A stretch of 26,173 nucleotides of DNA from Thermodesulfobacteriota bacterium (GTDB lineage: Bacteria > Desulfobacterota > Desulfobulbia > Desulfobulbales > SURF-16): contig JBFMAY010000048.1 of the NCBI GenBank assembly GCA_040755455.1, positions 1-26,173 on the forward strand, written 5' to 3'. How positions within the stretch are numbered: the first letter of the stretch is position 1; each line of letters opens with the position of its first letter. Below, piece after piece: positions 9,536 through 18,662 of the stretch. A model generated the notes under the pieces. It searched no databases. It was given only the letters and a program-made list of their open reading frames with translations, and had not been told where the DNA came from. The position numbers and the translations under genes are program-made.

Positions 9536-10738
9536 TCAAATCTGCGCCGCCTGGTCCAGGGCCGCAACCAGCTGCGCCAGCCGCTGCTCCGGGAGTTTCA
9601 CCGGCACCTGATACACCAGCAGGCGGTCCATCAGGGCGGCGGAGGCAGGCAGGGCGTCCTTGTCATAGACCACCCGGCGCTTGCCGTCCGGCCCGCTAAA
9701 CGGCCAGCCGGATCTGGCCAGGGTGGAGCCGGCCAGCAGATGCTCCCACTTGGGATAAAAATGCCAGGTGTTGGACCCGAAGGCAATGGCCCCGGCGCCG
9801 CCTGCGGCCAGCACCTTGTTCACCGCCTTGGCCTTTTCCGCGTCCGGCAGGAAAAAGCCGATGAAGGTCGCCGTATCACCCTGTTCATCGAGAATGGTGC
9901 GGAAGGTCACGCCTTTTATCTTGGCGATGGCGGCCTTCAAGGCCGCCTTGTTCTTCTTCTGCCGGCTGATCATGTCATCCAGCTTGGCCAGCTGGGCGAT
10001 GCCGATGGCGCCCTGCAGCTCCATCATGCGGAAGTTGAAACCGATGAAATTGCGGCCCTCGCCGCCCCGGGTGCCCGGGTTCGGCACATGGTCATGGCCG
10101 TGGTCATGGTATTCGGACATGTCACGCCACAGTTTGGCATGATCGGTGATGATCATGCCGCCCTCGCCGGTGGTCATGGTTTTGACCGCGTCAAAGGAAA
10201 AGGTGCCGCAGGCGCCGAAGGTGCCCAGCCGTTTGCCTTCCAAGGCCCCCCCGGCGGCCTGGGCGGTGTCTTCCAGCACCGGGATGTTGTGTCTGTCGGC
10301 AATGGCCTTGATCTCCCTGATGCGGGCCTGGGCCCCCAGCATGTGCACCGGGATGATGCATTTGGTCCGGCTGGTGATCTTGTTCTCCAGATCATTGGGA
10401 TCCATGTTCAGCGTTTCGTCAATCTCGGCAAAAACCGGCACCGCGCCCACGTCAAAGATCGCCTCCCAGGTAGCGACAAAGGTGAAACACTGGGTGATCA
10501 CCTCGTCCCCCGGTCCCACGCCCAGCGCGGTCAGGGCCACCTTCAGGGCCGCCGTGCCGGAGGTGACGGCCTGGGCATATTGCACCCCACAGTAGCGGGC
10601 GAAATTTTCTTCAAAGGTGCGGACCTTGTATATCCCGCGCCGCTGTTCGGGAAACTCATAACGAAAGAGGACGCCTGTATCAAGCACCTCGAGAATCTCC
10701 TTCTTCTCTTCCTCTCCAAAAACCTCAAAACCTGGCAT
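9536..10738 (-). CDS. kdnA: DegT/DnrJ-family PLP aminotransferase, KdnA-like (8-amino-3,8-dideoxy-manno-octulosonate transaminase)
   Basis: The start MPGFEVFGEEEK follows AAGGAG. Motifs SGTAAL, FAEIDETL, SFDAVKT.T.GEGG, DHGHDH, QKKNK, GD.A.F and WH.Y..W.H closely follow Shewanella KdnA as I recall it. Confidence 0.8.
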   Translation of the reverse strand: MPGFEVFGEEEKKEILEVLDTGVLFRYEFPEQRRGIYKVRTFEENFARYCGVQYAQAVTSGTAALKVALTALGVGPGDEVITQCFTFVATWEAIFDVGAVPVFAEIDETLNMDPNDLENKITSRTKCIIPVHMLGAQARIREIKAIADRHNIPVLEDTAQAAGGALEGKRLGTFGACGTFSFDAVKTMTTGEGGMIITDHAKLWRDMSEYHDHGHDHVPNPGTRGGEGRNFIGFNFRMMELQGAIGIAQLAKLDDMISRQKKNKAALKAAIAKIKGVTFRTILDEQGDTATFIGFFLPDAEKAKAVNKVLAAGGAGAIAFGSNTWHFYPKWEHLLAGSTLARSGWPFSGPDGKRRVVYDKDALPASAALMDRLLVYQVPVKLPEQRLAQLVAALDQAAQI

Positions 10739-10754
10739 TGTATTCTCCTTTGTT

Positions 10755-10799
10755 AGTCTTGCTGGTCTTACTGGACCTACTGGTCTTGCCGGTCTTGCC
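10755..10799 (+). repeat. 9-bp tandem array (consensus GGTCTTRCY), five units
   Basis: AGTCTTGCT GGTCTTACT GGACCTACT GGTCTTGCC GGTCTTGCC. Confidence 0.85.
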
Positions 10800-10882
10800 A
10801 ATCCGGATAGTCTCAATGGCTTCCAGATCGTGCTGTGTCTGCCCGGGGCCGCATGTCGTATTACCTGAACCGTCTTCTTGCG

Positions 10883-10953
10883 GTAGGAACGGGCCATGCC
10901 CGCGACTTTCGGCATGGCGAAAACACCTTATCGCGGGCATGGCCCGCTCCTAC
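10883..10953. repeat. Inverted pair of GTAG-type REP sequences (REPIN/BIME-like doublet)
   Basis: GTAGGAACGGGCCATGCCCGCGA (10883-10905) and its reverse complement TCGCGGGCATGGCCCGCTCCTAC (10931-10953), with one mismatch. Each copy has an internal CGGGC/GCCCG hairpin. Confidence 0.88.
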
Positions 10954-10999
10954 CCCCCGATACTTTCCTGGCAACAATGCCGCGTTATCTCTGTTCCCG

Positions 11000-11035
11000 G
11001 TTTTGACCAATCAGACCAGTTAGACCAGCAAGACC
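11000..11035 (-). repeat. 9-bp tandem array in inverted orientation to the 10755 array
   Basis: GTTTTGACC AATCAGACC AGTTAGACC AGCAAGACC. The reverse-complement units are GGTCTTGCT, GGTCTAACT and GGTCTGATT. Confidence 0.8.
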
Positions 11036-11041
11036 GGTCTT

Positions 11042-12211
11042 TTACCACCCCTTATGGGCTATCTCATAGACCCTGATCACATCCTCCAGGCTCGGCTTGC
11101 GGGGATTGTTCTCCACCGGCCGGGTCACGGTCAGGGCGATCTTGGCCATCTCCGGAATCTTGTCGGCCGGGATGCCGAGTTCGTCAAGGCTCCTGGGAAT
11201 TTCCACATCGCCGTTGAGATCGTACACCGCCTCAACCGCCACCTGGCCCGCCTCCCGCAGGGGCAGATCCTCGACATCATAGCCCATGACGGTGGCGATG
11301 CGGGCGAATTTCGCAGGACTCCCGATAATGTTGTAGTCAACCACAAAGGGCAGCAGCACCGCGTTGGCCAGGCCATGGGGGATGTTGAACATGCCGCCCA
11401 GCGGGTAGGCCATGGCATGGACCAGCCCCACCCCGGCGGTGGCCAGGGCTTTGCCGCCCAGCAGACTGCCCATGAGCATGGCGGTGCGGGCTTCCAGGTT
11501 GCCGCCGTTGGCATAGGCCATGGCCAGATTGCCGCTGATCAGCGAGATGGCCTCCAGTGCGTACATATCGGAGATGGTGTGGGCCTGGGTGGAGACAAAG
11601 GCCTCCAGCGCATGAGTGAAGGCGTCGATGCCGGGGGCCGCCGTCACCTTCTGGGGCAGGGTGAGGGTCAGGGCCGGGTCCAGCACGGCAATATCAGGAT
11701 AGAGAGGATCGCCGTTCATGCCGCCTTTGCTCTTGGTTTTCTCGTTGATGAAAACAGCGGTGAAGGTCACCTCCGCCCCGGTGCCGGCGGTGGTGGGCAC
11801 CATGATCTTCGGCACGCCGGGTTTTTTGATTTTGCCAAGCCCCAGATAATCTTCCGCCTTGCCGCCGTTGGTGAGCAGAATACTGATGGCCTTGGCCACG
11901 TCCATGGCTGATCCGCCGCCCACGCCGATGACACAGTCACAACCCGCCTTGGCGGCCAGGGCCGTTCCCTCATCGGCCAGCTTCAGACCCGGTTCCGGAT
12001 CAACGTGATCAAAAATCTCATAGTTGACCCCATTGCCGGCCAGCGGCCCGGTTATGCTGTCAAGCAGCCCCGCGCCCTTGAGATTCGGATCAACCACGAG
12101 CAATACCTTTTTGCCGCCCAGGTCCTGTACGGCCTGGGCCAGATCATTAATAACGCCAACGCCGAAACGGATCCGGGTGGGCTGGGTGACGGTGAATTTT
12201 CGCGCTGTCAT
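11042..12211 (-). CDS. Iron-containing (group III) alcohol dehydrogenase; candidate KdnB (Kdo 8-oxidase/dehydrogenase)
   Basis: GGGSAMDVAK, PTTAGTGAEVT, and metal ligands in DAFTHALE, GLVHAMA and PHGLAN. The ATG at 12211 follows AAGGA. It lies directly upstream of the KdnA-like gene. The family is secure; the KdnB role is inferred from context. Confidence 0.88.
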   Translation of the reverse strand: MTARKFTVTQPTRIRFGVGVINDLAQAVQDLGGKKVLLVVDPNLKGAGLLDSITGPLAGNGVNYEIFDHVDPEPGLKLADEGTALAAKAGCDCVIGVGGGSAMDVAKAISILLTNGGKAEDYLGLGKIKKPGVPKIMVPTTAGTGAEVTFTAVFINEKTKSKGGMNGDPLYPDIAVLDPALTLTLPQKVTAAPGIDAFTHALEAFVSTQAHTISDMYALEAISLISGNLAMAYANGGNLEARTAMLMGSLLGGKALATAGVGLVHAMAYPLGGMFNIPHGLANAVLLPFVVDYNIIGSPAKFARIATVMGYDVEDLPLREAGQVAVEAVYDLNGDVEIPRSLDELGIPADKIPEMAKIALTVTRPVENNPRKPSLEDVIRVYEIAHKGW

Positions 12212-12320
12212 ACTTGGTTCCTTTGCACGAGAGAAAAATAACTTTGCTTCCTCGGCCACTTTAAGGTTAGATTAAAGGCCAAACTTTAAAGATTTTCATA
12301 CTACCGTAGCCCAAAGAGAG

Positions 12321-12878
12321 ATGGCAACTAAAATAATGGAATATTCCCTGTCTAAATCAGAAAAAAAACGGCGCGCCAAGAACATCGAAGAGCTGGCCGC
12401 GGAACTGGTGGAACTCTCGCCCCAGGAGATCAAAAAACTGCCGTGCGAGGACTTCATCAAAAACGAAATCATGGCGGCCAGGGAGCTCAAGGCCGGGGCC
12501 AGGAAAAGACAGATCAAATACCTGACCAAGAATCTGCGTGAACTGGATTCCGGGCCGCTGTTTGACTTTCTCACCGAGAAAAAGGGGTCGAACCTGCAGC
12601 AGAAAAAGGAGTTTCACGAACTGGAAAACCTGCGGGACAACATCATCAATGACGCCATTGCCGCGGCCCGGGATGCATTTGAGGCCCAGGAGGAGCTTGA
12701 CCGCCATTGGGAGAGTCCGGCCCTGGACTCCGCCGCCGAACTCTTTCCCGAACTTGACCTGGACGCCATCCGCGTCTCCGCCTGGCGCTATACCCGCAGC
12801 CGCAAGGCTGCCCTGAGCAAAGAGATCTTCCGCCTGCTGAAGGCCGCGGCGGAACGGCAACGCTGGAACACACCATAA
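12321..12878 (+). CDS. darP: DarP/YjgA (DUF615) ribosome-associated protein
   Basis: SKSEKKR, A.KRQIKYL.K.LR, FHELE.LRD..I and a C-terminal KEIFRLLK. An alternative start exists at 12336. Confidence 0.8.
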   Translation: MATKIMEYSLSKSEKKRRAKNIEELAAELVELSPQEIKKLPCEDFIKNEIMAARELKAGARKRQIKYLTKNLRELDSGPLFDFLTEKKGSNLQQKKEFHELENLRDNIINDAIAAARDAFEAQEELDRHWESPALDSAAELFPELDLDAIRVSAWRYTRSRKAALSKEIFRLLKAAAERQRWNTP

Positions 12879-12889
12879 GGGGGCACCGT

Positions 12890-13330
12890 ATGGATTACCG
12901 CACCGGCTCCGTGGCCCGGGTATTTTCCATCCGTTTTGACGATGGGGAGGACTTTCTCGGCGCACTCACCGAACTGATCAAAAAGGAAAACATCCGCAAC
13001 GGCTGGTTCCAGGTCATTGGCGGACTGCGGCAGGCTGACGTGGTCACCGGCCCCAGGGAACCGGTCATGCCGCCCGAACCGGTCTGGCGGCAGGTGAAGG
13101 ATGCCCGGGAGACCCTGGGCAGCGGCAGCATCTACTGGGATGAGAAAGAGCAACCGCGCATCCACCTGCATGCTGCCCTGGGACACCACGGCGACACCGT
13201 CACCGGCTGCCTGCGCAAGGGAAGCGTCACCTATCTGCTGCTGGAGGTCATTCTCTTCGAGATTGCCGGCTTTGAGGCCAGCCGCCCCTGGTCGGCTGAC
13301 AAGGGCTTCAACATCGTCACCTTCCGTTAA
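12890..13330 (+). CDS. PPC/DUF296 domain protein
   Basis: R.DDGED....L, IGGL, E.LG.GSI, the HLHAALG metal motif, and GCL....V....EV. Confidence 0.85.
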   Translation: MDYRTGSVARVFSIRFDDGEDFLGALTELIKKENIRNGWFQVIGGLRQADVVTGPREPVMPPEPVWRQVKDARETLGSGSIYWDEKEQPRIHLHAALGHHGDTVTGCLRKGSVTYLLLEVILFEIAGFEASRPWSADKGFNIVTFR

Positions 13331-13339
13331 AACCAGACC

Positions 13340-14083
13340 ATGCCGCCCAGAGTTGACGAGGTCATCGCCTATGAGATCAAAAGGGATATCGCTGATCGTT
13401 ATTTCGGCTTCCGCAAGCTCATCGAAAAGGACAAGCTCGATCTGGAAAACGAGATCAGAATCCACTCCTTCATTCTGGAGAAACGGATCAGTTTTGACCT
13501 GATCCGCCTCTATATCATCCTGAAGGACGAAGAGCTCATTGATTCTTTTCTCTCCCTTACCGGCATTGACAAGAAACAGTTCTACGACCCCTATTTCACC
13601 GAGTCGGCCACCATCCAAGACAGGGTTTTTGAAGGCATCAGGGTGCGCGGCCTGACCCGGTCCGGCAGATTTCACCATCTGGCCATGGACTGCTATGAAC
13701 GGCTTGCAGTGCATAGCGAGCAGTACCGGCTGAAATTCGCCGAGCTGCAAGAAGCCAACGCAAACATTGCCGAGGAAATCAAGGTTTTTTACGAGCAGAA
13801 CGATCTGGGCAGTATCCTGGGCTTTCTCCGCTCCCTGGGCGGCAGCCACAGGATGGGGGACATGGAGGGCGGCATGGAAATCGGCATGGCCCAGAGCCTG
13901 GAAAAAAAGATGGCCATCGCGCCGCTGCTGCCCATTGAAAACTATCTGCCGGTCATCAAGCCCCTGCCGCCGCCCGCCGGCATCGCCAGGGATCTGAAGA
14001 AACTGCTTGATCGCGCCTACAAGCTGCACGACGAGGAGACCCTGGACTTTCTCACCAGCAAGAAAAGGGCCGCCAGCCGCTAA
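13340..14083 (+). CDS. Hypothetical protein (probably largely helical, 247 aa)
   Basis: Sits tightly between co-directional genes with host-like codon usage. No motif recognised. Confidence 0.85.
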   Translation: MPPRVDEVIAYEIKRDIADRYFGFRKLIEKDKLDLENEIRIHSFILEKRISFDLIRLYIILKDEELIDSFLSLTGIDKKQFYDPYFTESATIQDRVFEGIRVRGLTRSGRFHHLAMDCYERLAVHSEQYRLKFAELQEANANIAEEIKVFYEQNDLGSILGFLRSLGGSHRMGDMEGGMEIGMAQSLEKKMAIAPLLPIENYLPVIKPLPPPAGIARDLKKLLDRAYKLHDEETLDFLTSKKRAASR

Positions 14084-14119
14084 CCCCAATAACCTTTGCA
14101 ACGGACATTCTTTGCGCCC

Positions 14120-15259
14120 ATGTTCACCTATCAGAAGACCAACAGATATTTTGCCCAGATTGCCAGGGGCCTTGAACAGTATGGGGCCGAAGAGCTGGCA
14201 GGCCTCGGCTGCCGGGAGGTCAAGGCGAAATTCATGGGCATCTATTTTGATGCCGACCTGGCCACCCTTTACCGGGCCAACTACATGTCCCGTCTCTGCA
14301 CGCGAATCCTGGCCCAACTGCTGACCTTTGACTGCCACAGCACCAAGTATCTCTACAAAACGGCGCGAAAGATAGACTGGCACCAGCTCCTGTCCGAGAA
14401 AAACACCTTTGCCATCAACGCGTCGGTCACGGGAAGCCACATCAAGCATTCCCAGTATGCCGCCCTCTGCCTGAAGGACGCCATTGTCGATCATTTCCGC
14501 GACCGCACCGGCATCCGCCCGGACGTTGACACGGAAAACCCGGACCTCTGGTTTCATTTACGCATTGAACGCAACCGGGCCATCATCAGCCTGGATACCT
14601 CCGGCGGCTCCCTGCACCGCCGGGGATACCGGCAGATGAGCGTCGAGGCGCCCATGCAGGAGACCGTGGCCGCCGCCATCATCCGCTTGAGCAACTGGGA
14701 CGGCAACACCCCCCTCATTGATCCCATGTGCGGCTCGGGCACCATCCTCACCGAGGCGCTGATGCACCGCTGCCAAATCCCCGCCGCCTATCTGCGCAAA
14801 AAATTCGGCTTTGCCATGATGCCGGAATACGACCAGGGGCTGTGGGACCAGGTGAGGGCCGAGGCCAACAGCGGAATCAAGCGGCTGCCCGGCGGTCTGC
14901 TCACCGGCAGCGACGCATCGCCTGAGGCGGTCAAGGCGGCCCTGCACAACTGCCGACTGCTGCCCCACGGCGATAAAATCATCATCAAGAACAAAAGATA
15001 CCAGGATATTTCCCCGCCACCGGATGCCATCATCGTCACCAACCCGCCCTACGGCATCCGCTTAAAACAGAGCGAGGGAGCCGAACGGTTCATCCGCGAG
15101 CTGGGGGATTTCCTGAAACGGCAGCAGCGTTGCGCCGCCGCCTATCTCTATCTCGGCAGACCGGAACTGGTGAAGGAAATCGGCCTGCGCCCCGCCTGGC
15201 AAAAAAACCTGATGAACGGCGGCCTTGAAGGGGTGCTGGTCCGGTTCAATCTTGCCTAA
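14120..15259 (+). CDS. rlmL: THUMP-domain class I SAM RNA methyltransferase (stand-alone RlmL/YpsC-like)
   Basis: GLE...AEEL, SLDTSG.SLHRRGYR, APMQET.AAAII, DPMCGSGTI and NPPYG. The ATG at 14120 is preferred to the TTG at 14096. Confidence 0.85.
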   Translation: MFTYQKTNRYFAQIARGLEQYGAEELAGLGCREVKAKFMGIYFDADLATLYRANYMSRLCTRILAQLLTFDCHSTKYLYKTARKIDWHQLLSEKNTFAINASVTGSHIKHSQYAALCLKDAIVDHFRDRTGIRPDVDTENPDLWFHLRIERNRAIISLDTSGGSLHRRGYRQMSVEAPMQETVAAAIIRLSNWDGNTPLIDPMCGSGTILTEALMHRCQIPAAYLRKKFGFAMMPEYDQGLWDQVRAEANSGIKRLPGGLLTGSDASPEAVKAALHNCRLLPHGDKIIIKNKRYQDISPPPDAIIVTNPPYGIRLKQSEGAERFIRELGDFLKRQQRCAAAYLYLGRPELVKEIGLRPAWQKNLMNGGLEGVLVRFNLA

Positions 15260-15279
15260 ACAGCACTTGTAACTTTTTT

Positions 15280-15308
15280 TTGACTTCCTCTCTTTTTTCC
15301 TCAATAAT
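15280..15308 (+). promoter_or_regulatory. Candidate sigma70 promoter for the GGDEF-EAL gene
   Basis: TTGACT (15280-15285), a 17-bp spacer, then AATAAT (15303-15308), about 50 bp upstream of the ATG at 15361. Confidence 0.5.
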
Positions 15309-15360
15309 TGAAATCGGTATTGCCAATACACCTCTCCTGAATCCTCAACCGGAATGTCCC

Positions 15361-16986
15361 ATGGACCGATTAGGCCAGAGCCTGAAAACCAACGTCAAGA
15401 TCATGAAGTCGCGGGTCACCAAGTATGCGGTGTACGGGGTGATCATCGCCTTTGCCGCCATTGCGGCGGCAACCCTGCTCAACAGCTATCTGCAGTTCGG
15501 CGAAATAACGCCCATGGGCATCCTGAAGGTGCAGAAAAACAATGTCACCCTGTGGATACTTGATGCCATGCCGTTCATCTTCGCCTTCTGGGGCCAGTAT
15601 GTCAGTTCCATCATGGCCTATGAGGCAAGCACCATGGTCATTGACCAGACCAATGAACTGCGGACCCAGACCGCGGCCCTGGAATACCAGGCCATGCATG
15701 ATGCAACCCATGACCATCTCACGGACCTGCCCAACCGGGTTCTGCTGCGGGACCGTCTTGAACAGGCCATCCACGTTGCCCTGCGGGAAGAGCGGAAACT
15801 GGCCCTGTTCATCCTGGACCTTGACCGTTTCAAGGAGGTGAACGACACCCTGGGACATTACAGCGGCGACCGGCTGCTGAAACATGTGGCCATGCGTCTC
15901 CGGGGGGTGGTGCGCGGCTCGGACACCCTGTCGCGGCTCGGCGGTGATGAGTTCGCCATTCTGCTGCCGGTGATCAAGGAGAGCAGCGACGTCCTCGTTG
16001 TCCTCAAAAAAATACAGAACGCCTTTCTCTCGCCCTTCATGCTTGAAACCCTCAAGATTGAAGTGCAGGCGAGCATCGGCGTCGCCATCTTCCCCGAGCA
16101 CGGCAGGGATGTTGACACCATCATGCAGCGGGCTGATGTGGCGATGTATGCAGCAAAGCAAAACCAGCAGGGATATACCGTCTACTCCACCGATCTTGAC
16201 CGGCACAGCCCCCACCGCTTGACCCTGATGGGCGAACTGCGCCAAGCCATTGACAACGACGAGCTGCTGCTGCACTTTCAGCCGAAAATAAACATCCGGA
16301 CCAAAAGTGTCATCGGGGTCGAGGCTCTGGTGCGCTGGCAGCATCCGCAGCACGGCTTCATGCCGCCGGACGAGTTCATTCCCCTGGCGGAGCGCACCGG
16401 ACTGATCAAGCCCCTCTCTCTGTGGGTCCTCAAGCGCTCCCTCGAACAGGCGGTCAAGTGGCACAACTCTCACCTGAAACTGGGCATTGCCATCAACCTC
16501 AGCCCCTCCACCCTGCTGGATACGGAACTGCCGGACGTCATCACCGGCACCCTGGCCTCCTGCAGCCTGGCCCCCCATTATATCACCTTTGAGATCACCG
16601 AGGGCTCCATCATCAAGGACCCGGAAAGGGCACTGGAAATCCTCACCCGGCTGAGCAAAATGGGTATCCGTATCTCCATCGATGATTTCGGCACCGGCTA
16701 TTCCTCGCTGGCCTATCTCAAGCGAATGCCGGCCAGCGAGGTAAAAATAGACAAATCCTTTGTGCTGGATATGCTGGTCGATGAAAACGACGCGGCAATC
16801 GTGCAGGCAACCATTGATCTGGCCCACAACCTGGGCATGAAGGTGGTGGCCGAAGGGGTGGAAAACAAGGAGACGGCCGAGCGGCTCAAGGAGCTTGGCT
16901 GCGATATTCTACAGGGTTACTATTTCAGCAAACCCCTGGCGGCTGACAAGTTCCTGGCCTGGATCAGCGCCCATTCCCCCAACTGA
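15361..16986 (+). CDS. Membrane-anchored diguanylate cyclase/phosphodiesterase (GGDEF-EAL)
   Basis: Two N-terminal hydrophobic segments. HD.LT.LPNR, DLDRFKEVND.LGH..GD, and an RxxD I-site followed by SRLGGDEF. EAL-domain motifs EALVRW, FEITE, DDFGTGYSSL, KIDKSF, AEGVE and QGY are all intact. Confidence 0.95.
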   Translation: MDRLGQSLKTNVKIMKSRVTKYAVYGVIIAFAAIAAATLLNSYLQFGEITPMGILKVQKNNVTLWILDAMPFIFAFWGQYVSSIMAYEASTMVIDQTNELRTQTAALEYQAMHDATHDHLTDLPNRVLLRDRLEQAIHVALREERKLALFILDLDRFKEVNDTLGHYSGDRLLKHVAMRLRGVVRGSDTLSRLGGDEFAILLPVIKESSDVLVVLKKIQNAFLSPFMLETLKIEVQASIGVAIFPEHGRDVDTIMQRADVAMYAAKQNQQGYTVYSTDLDRHSPHRLTLMGELRQAIDNDELLLHFQPKINIRTKSVIGVEALVRWQHPQHGFMPPDEFIPLAERTGLIKPLSLWVLKRSLEQAVKWHNSHLKLGIAINLSPSTLLDTELPDVITGTLASCSLAPHYITFEITEGSIIKDPERALEILTRLSKMGIRISIDDFGTGYSSLAYLKRMPASEVKIDKSFVLDMLVDENDAAIVQATIDLAHNLGMKVVAEGVENKETAERLKELGCDILQGYYFSKPLAADKFLAWISAHSPN

Positions 16987-17008
16987 ACCGCAACCGTTTC
17001 CGCCCCCC

Positions 17009-18661
17009 TCAGCCGGTGAGGCTGCGGCACCCTTTGCGCCAGAAAAAGGTCACGGAGAGTGTGCCGAGCAGCAGGGAACCGGCAAACCAGGCCAGCAGAG
17101 CGATTCTGTTCGCCAGATGAATCTCGCGCCCGGCAATCCAGTGCCGCATGAAATGATACATGGGCAAGGCCCCGCCGGCGGTGATGACAAAAACCACGGT
17201 CATGGCCGAAAACAGAAAAAGAAGCGCCCCCATGCCGCCCAGGGCCGCGGCCCGGTTCTCCGCCTTGAAATCGGCGTAGAGCGCCCCGAAACCGACAGCC
17301 ATGCCGACCACGGTCCAGCAGATGACCAGACTTGCCGTCACCGAAAACCACCACATCGGTCCGGAAATGGCAAGCATGGCATCCGAGGTGACCACCAGCA
17401 GCAGGGAAAGCACGGTAAACGGCATGAGATAAAAGAGAAACTTATAGAGGAGAAAGCGGCCCACGGCAAGCGGCGAGGACTGAATCAGCCAGAAGGCCGC
17501 TGTCTCGGCCCCCACGGCCGGAAAGACGAAACGGCCGGCCAGGGAGGTGATGATGAAGCCCGTCATCCCCACGTTTAAAAAGGAAATGAGGTTGGTGACA
17601 TATTCGGTCTGCATGGGTGACCGTTCCACCGGCAGGGCCTTGAAGCTGTAAAGGTAGACCACCACCAGCGCGGCGATCATGAAGAGCTGCGACCACTCGG
17701 CGGAATCCCGCAGAAATGTCTTCGACTCCTTTTTGAAGATCCAGCGCGCCGCACCTGGCCGGTAACGGCCCCTGCGGGCAAATGAGCGATAGCCGCCGAA
17801 GGACTCCTGGGATCGGGTGAACCCGGCAAGAAAAAAACGCTGCATGGCCCATTCACCGATGAAAAAGAGGGAAGGAGCCCCTAGCGCAAGCAGCGCCAGC
17901 AGCAGCCAGTCTATCTCCCGGTCCATCAGGTAAAGCGAGAGCAGGTTGGCCGACCATGCCGCCGGCACATAGGGACCGGCCGGCTGAGAGATGGAGGAGA
18001 GATATTCGACAAAATGGGCGTACTTGTCCGGATTGACCAGATCCTCCGGCCGCAGCAGGCGGAAGATGATGTAAATAAAGATGCCGAAACAGAGCGACAG
18101 ATAAAAGATGATATCCTTGGTCTGCCGGGCCGGAAAGAATCTGACCAGCAGCACGGTGAGCGCCATGCCGAAACCTGAGGCGAGCAGCGCGGTGGCGACG
18201 ACGCAAACCATCATCAGCGGCCAGTAAAAGATGCCGGCCTGAAAAACCTTGCCGTAGGCCCCGAAAACAGGCAGGGAGAAAACGGCCATCATCCATGAGG
18301 TATAAAAGGTGGTGGTCAGATAGCGCATGAAATAAATTTCCGCGGGACTGACCGGTGCGGAGAAGATGATCTCGTTGTCCTGGGAGAGAAACAGGGTGGA
18401 AACCGAGGACACCATACTGGAAAAGACGAGCATGGCGAACATGACGATCCAGGCCATCTGAAAGATCTTCAGACTGAGGATGACGCCGAGCTCGCTCTGA
18501 CGGTGGAAATAGCCCACCACCTTGAGCGAGACCAGATAGAGGACCAGACAGATCAGCAGGCCGAAGAGGAAAACGGCCAGACTTTTCAGCGGTACCGTGC
18601 CGGCCGGGAAAAAGCGGTTGCGCATGGTGCGCAAAAAGGGGAACAGAAGCCGCAGCCGCAT
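17009..18661 (-). CDS. Putative ABC transporter permease (multi-TM, two ABC-2-like halves)
   Basis: A dozen or more hydrophobic segments, with the internal motifs KKE.KTFLRD and E...FWLIQSSP. It starts 1 bp after the ATPase stop codon. Confidence 0.85.
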   Translation of the reverse strand: MRLRLLFPFLRTMRNRFFPAGTVPLKSLAVFLFGLLICLVLYLVSLKVVGYFHRQSELGVILSLKIFQMAWIVMFAMLVFSSMVSSVSTLFLSQDNEIIFSAPVSPAEIYFMRYLTTTFYTSWMMAVFSLPVFGAYGKVFQAGIFYWPLMMVCVVATALLASGFGMALTVLLVRFFPARQTKDIIFYLSLCFGIFIYIIFRLLRPEDLVNPDKYAHFVEYLSSISQPAGPYVPAAWSANLLSLYLMDREIDWLLLALLALGAPSLFFIGEWAMQRFFLAGFTRSQESFGGYRSFARRGRYRPGAARWIFKKESKTFLRDSAEWSQLFMIAALVVVYLYSFKALPVERSPMQTEYVTNLISFLNVGMTGFIITSLAGRFVFPAVGAETAAFWLIQSSPLAVGRFLLYKFLFYLMPFTVLSLLLVVTSDAMLAISGPMWWFSVTASLVICWTVVGMAVGFGALYADFKAENRAAALGGMGALLFLFSAMTVVFVITAGGALPMYHFMRHWIAGREIHLANRIALLAWFAGSLLLGTLSVTFFWRKGCRSLTG

Positions 18662-18662
18662 G

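Noticed and set aside
10739..10915. N-terminal extension of the aminotransferase in the ORF track
   Set aside because: It is translated repeat DNA. The family N-terminus and a strong RBS place the start at 10738.
12788..14557. 589-aa minus-strand ORF spanning several genes
   Set aside because: DUF296, the hypothetical and the methylase happen to share one frame, so their antisense shadows join up. No protein motifs.
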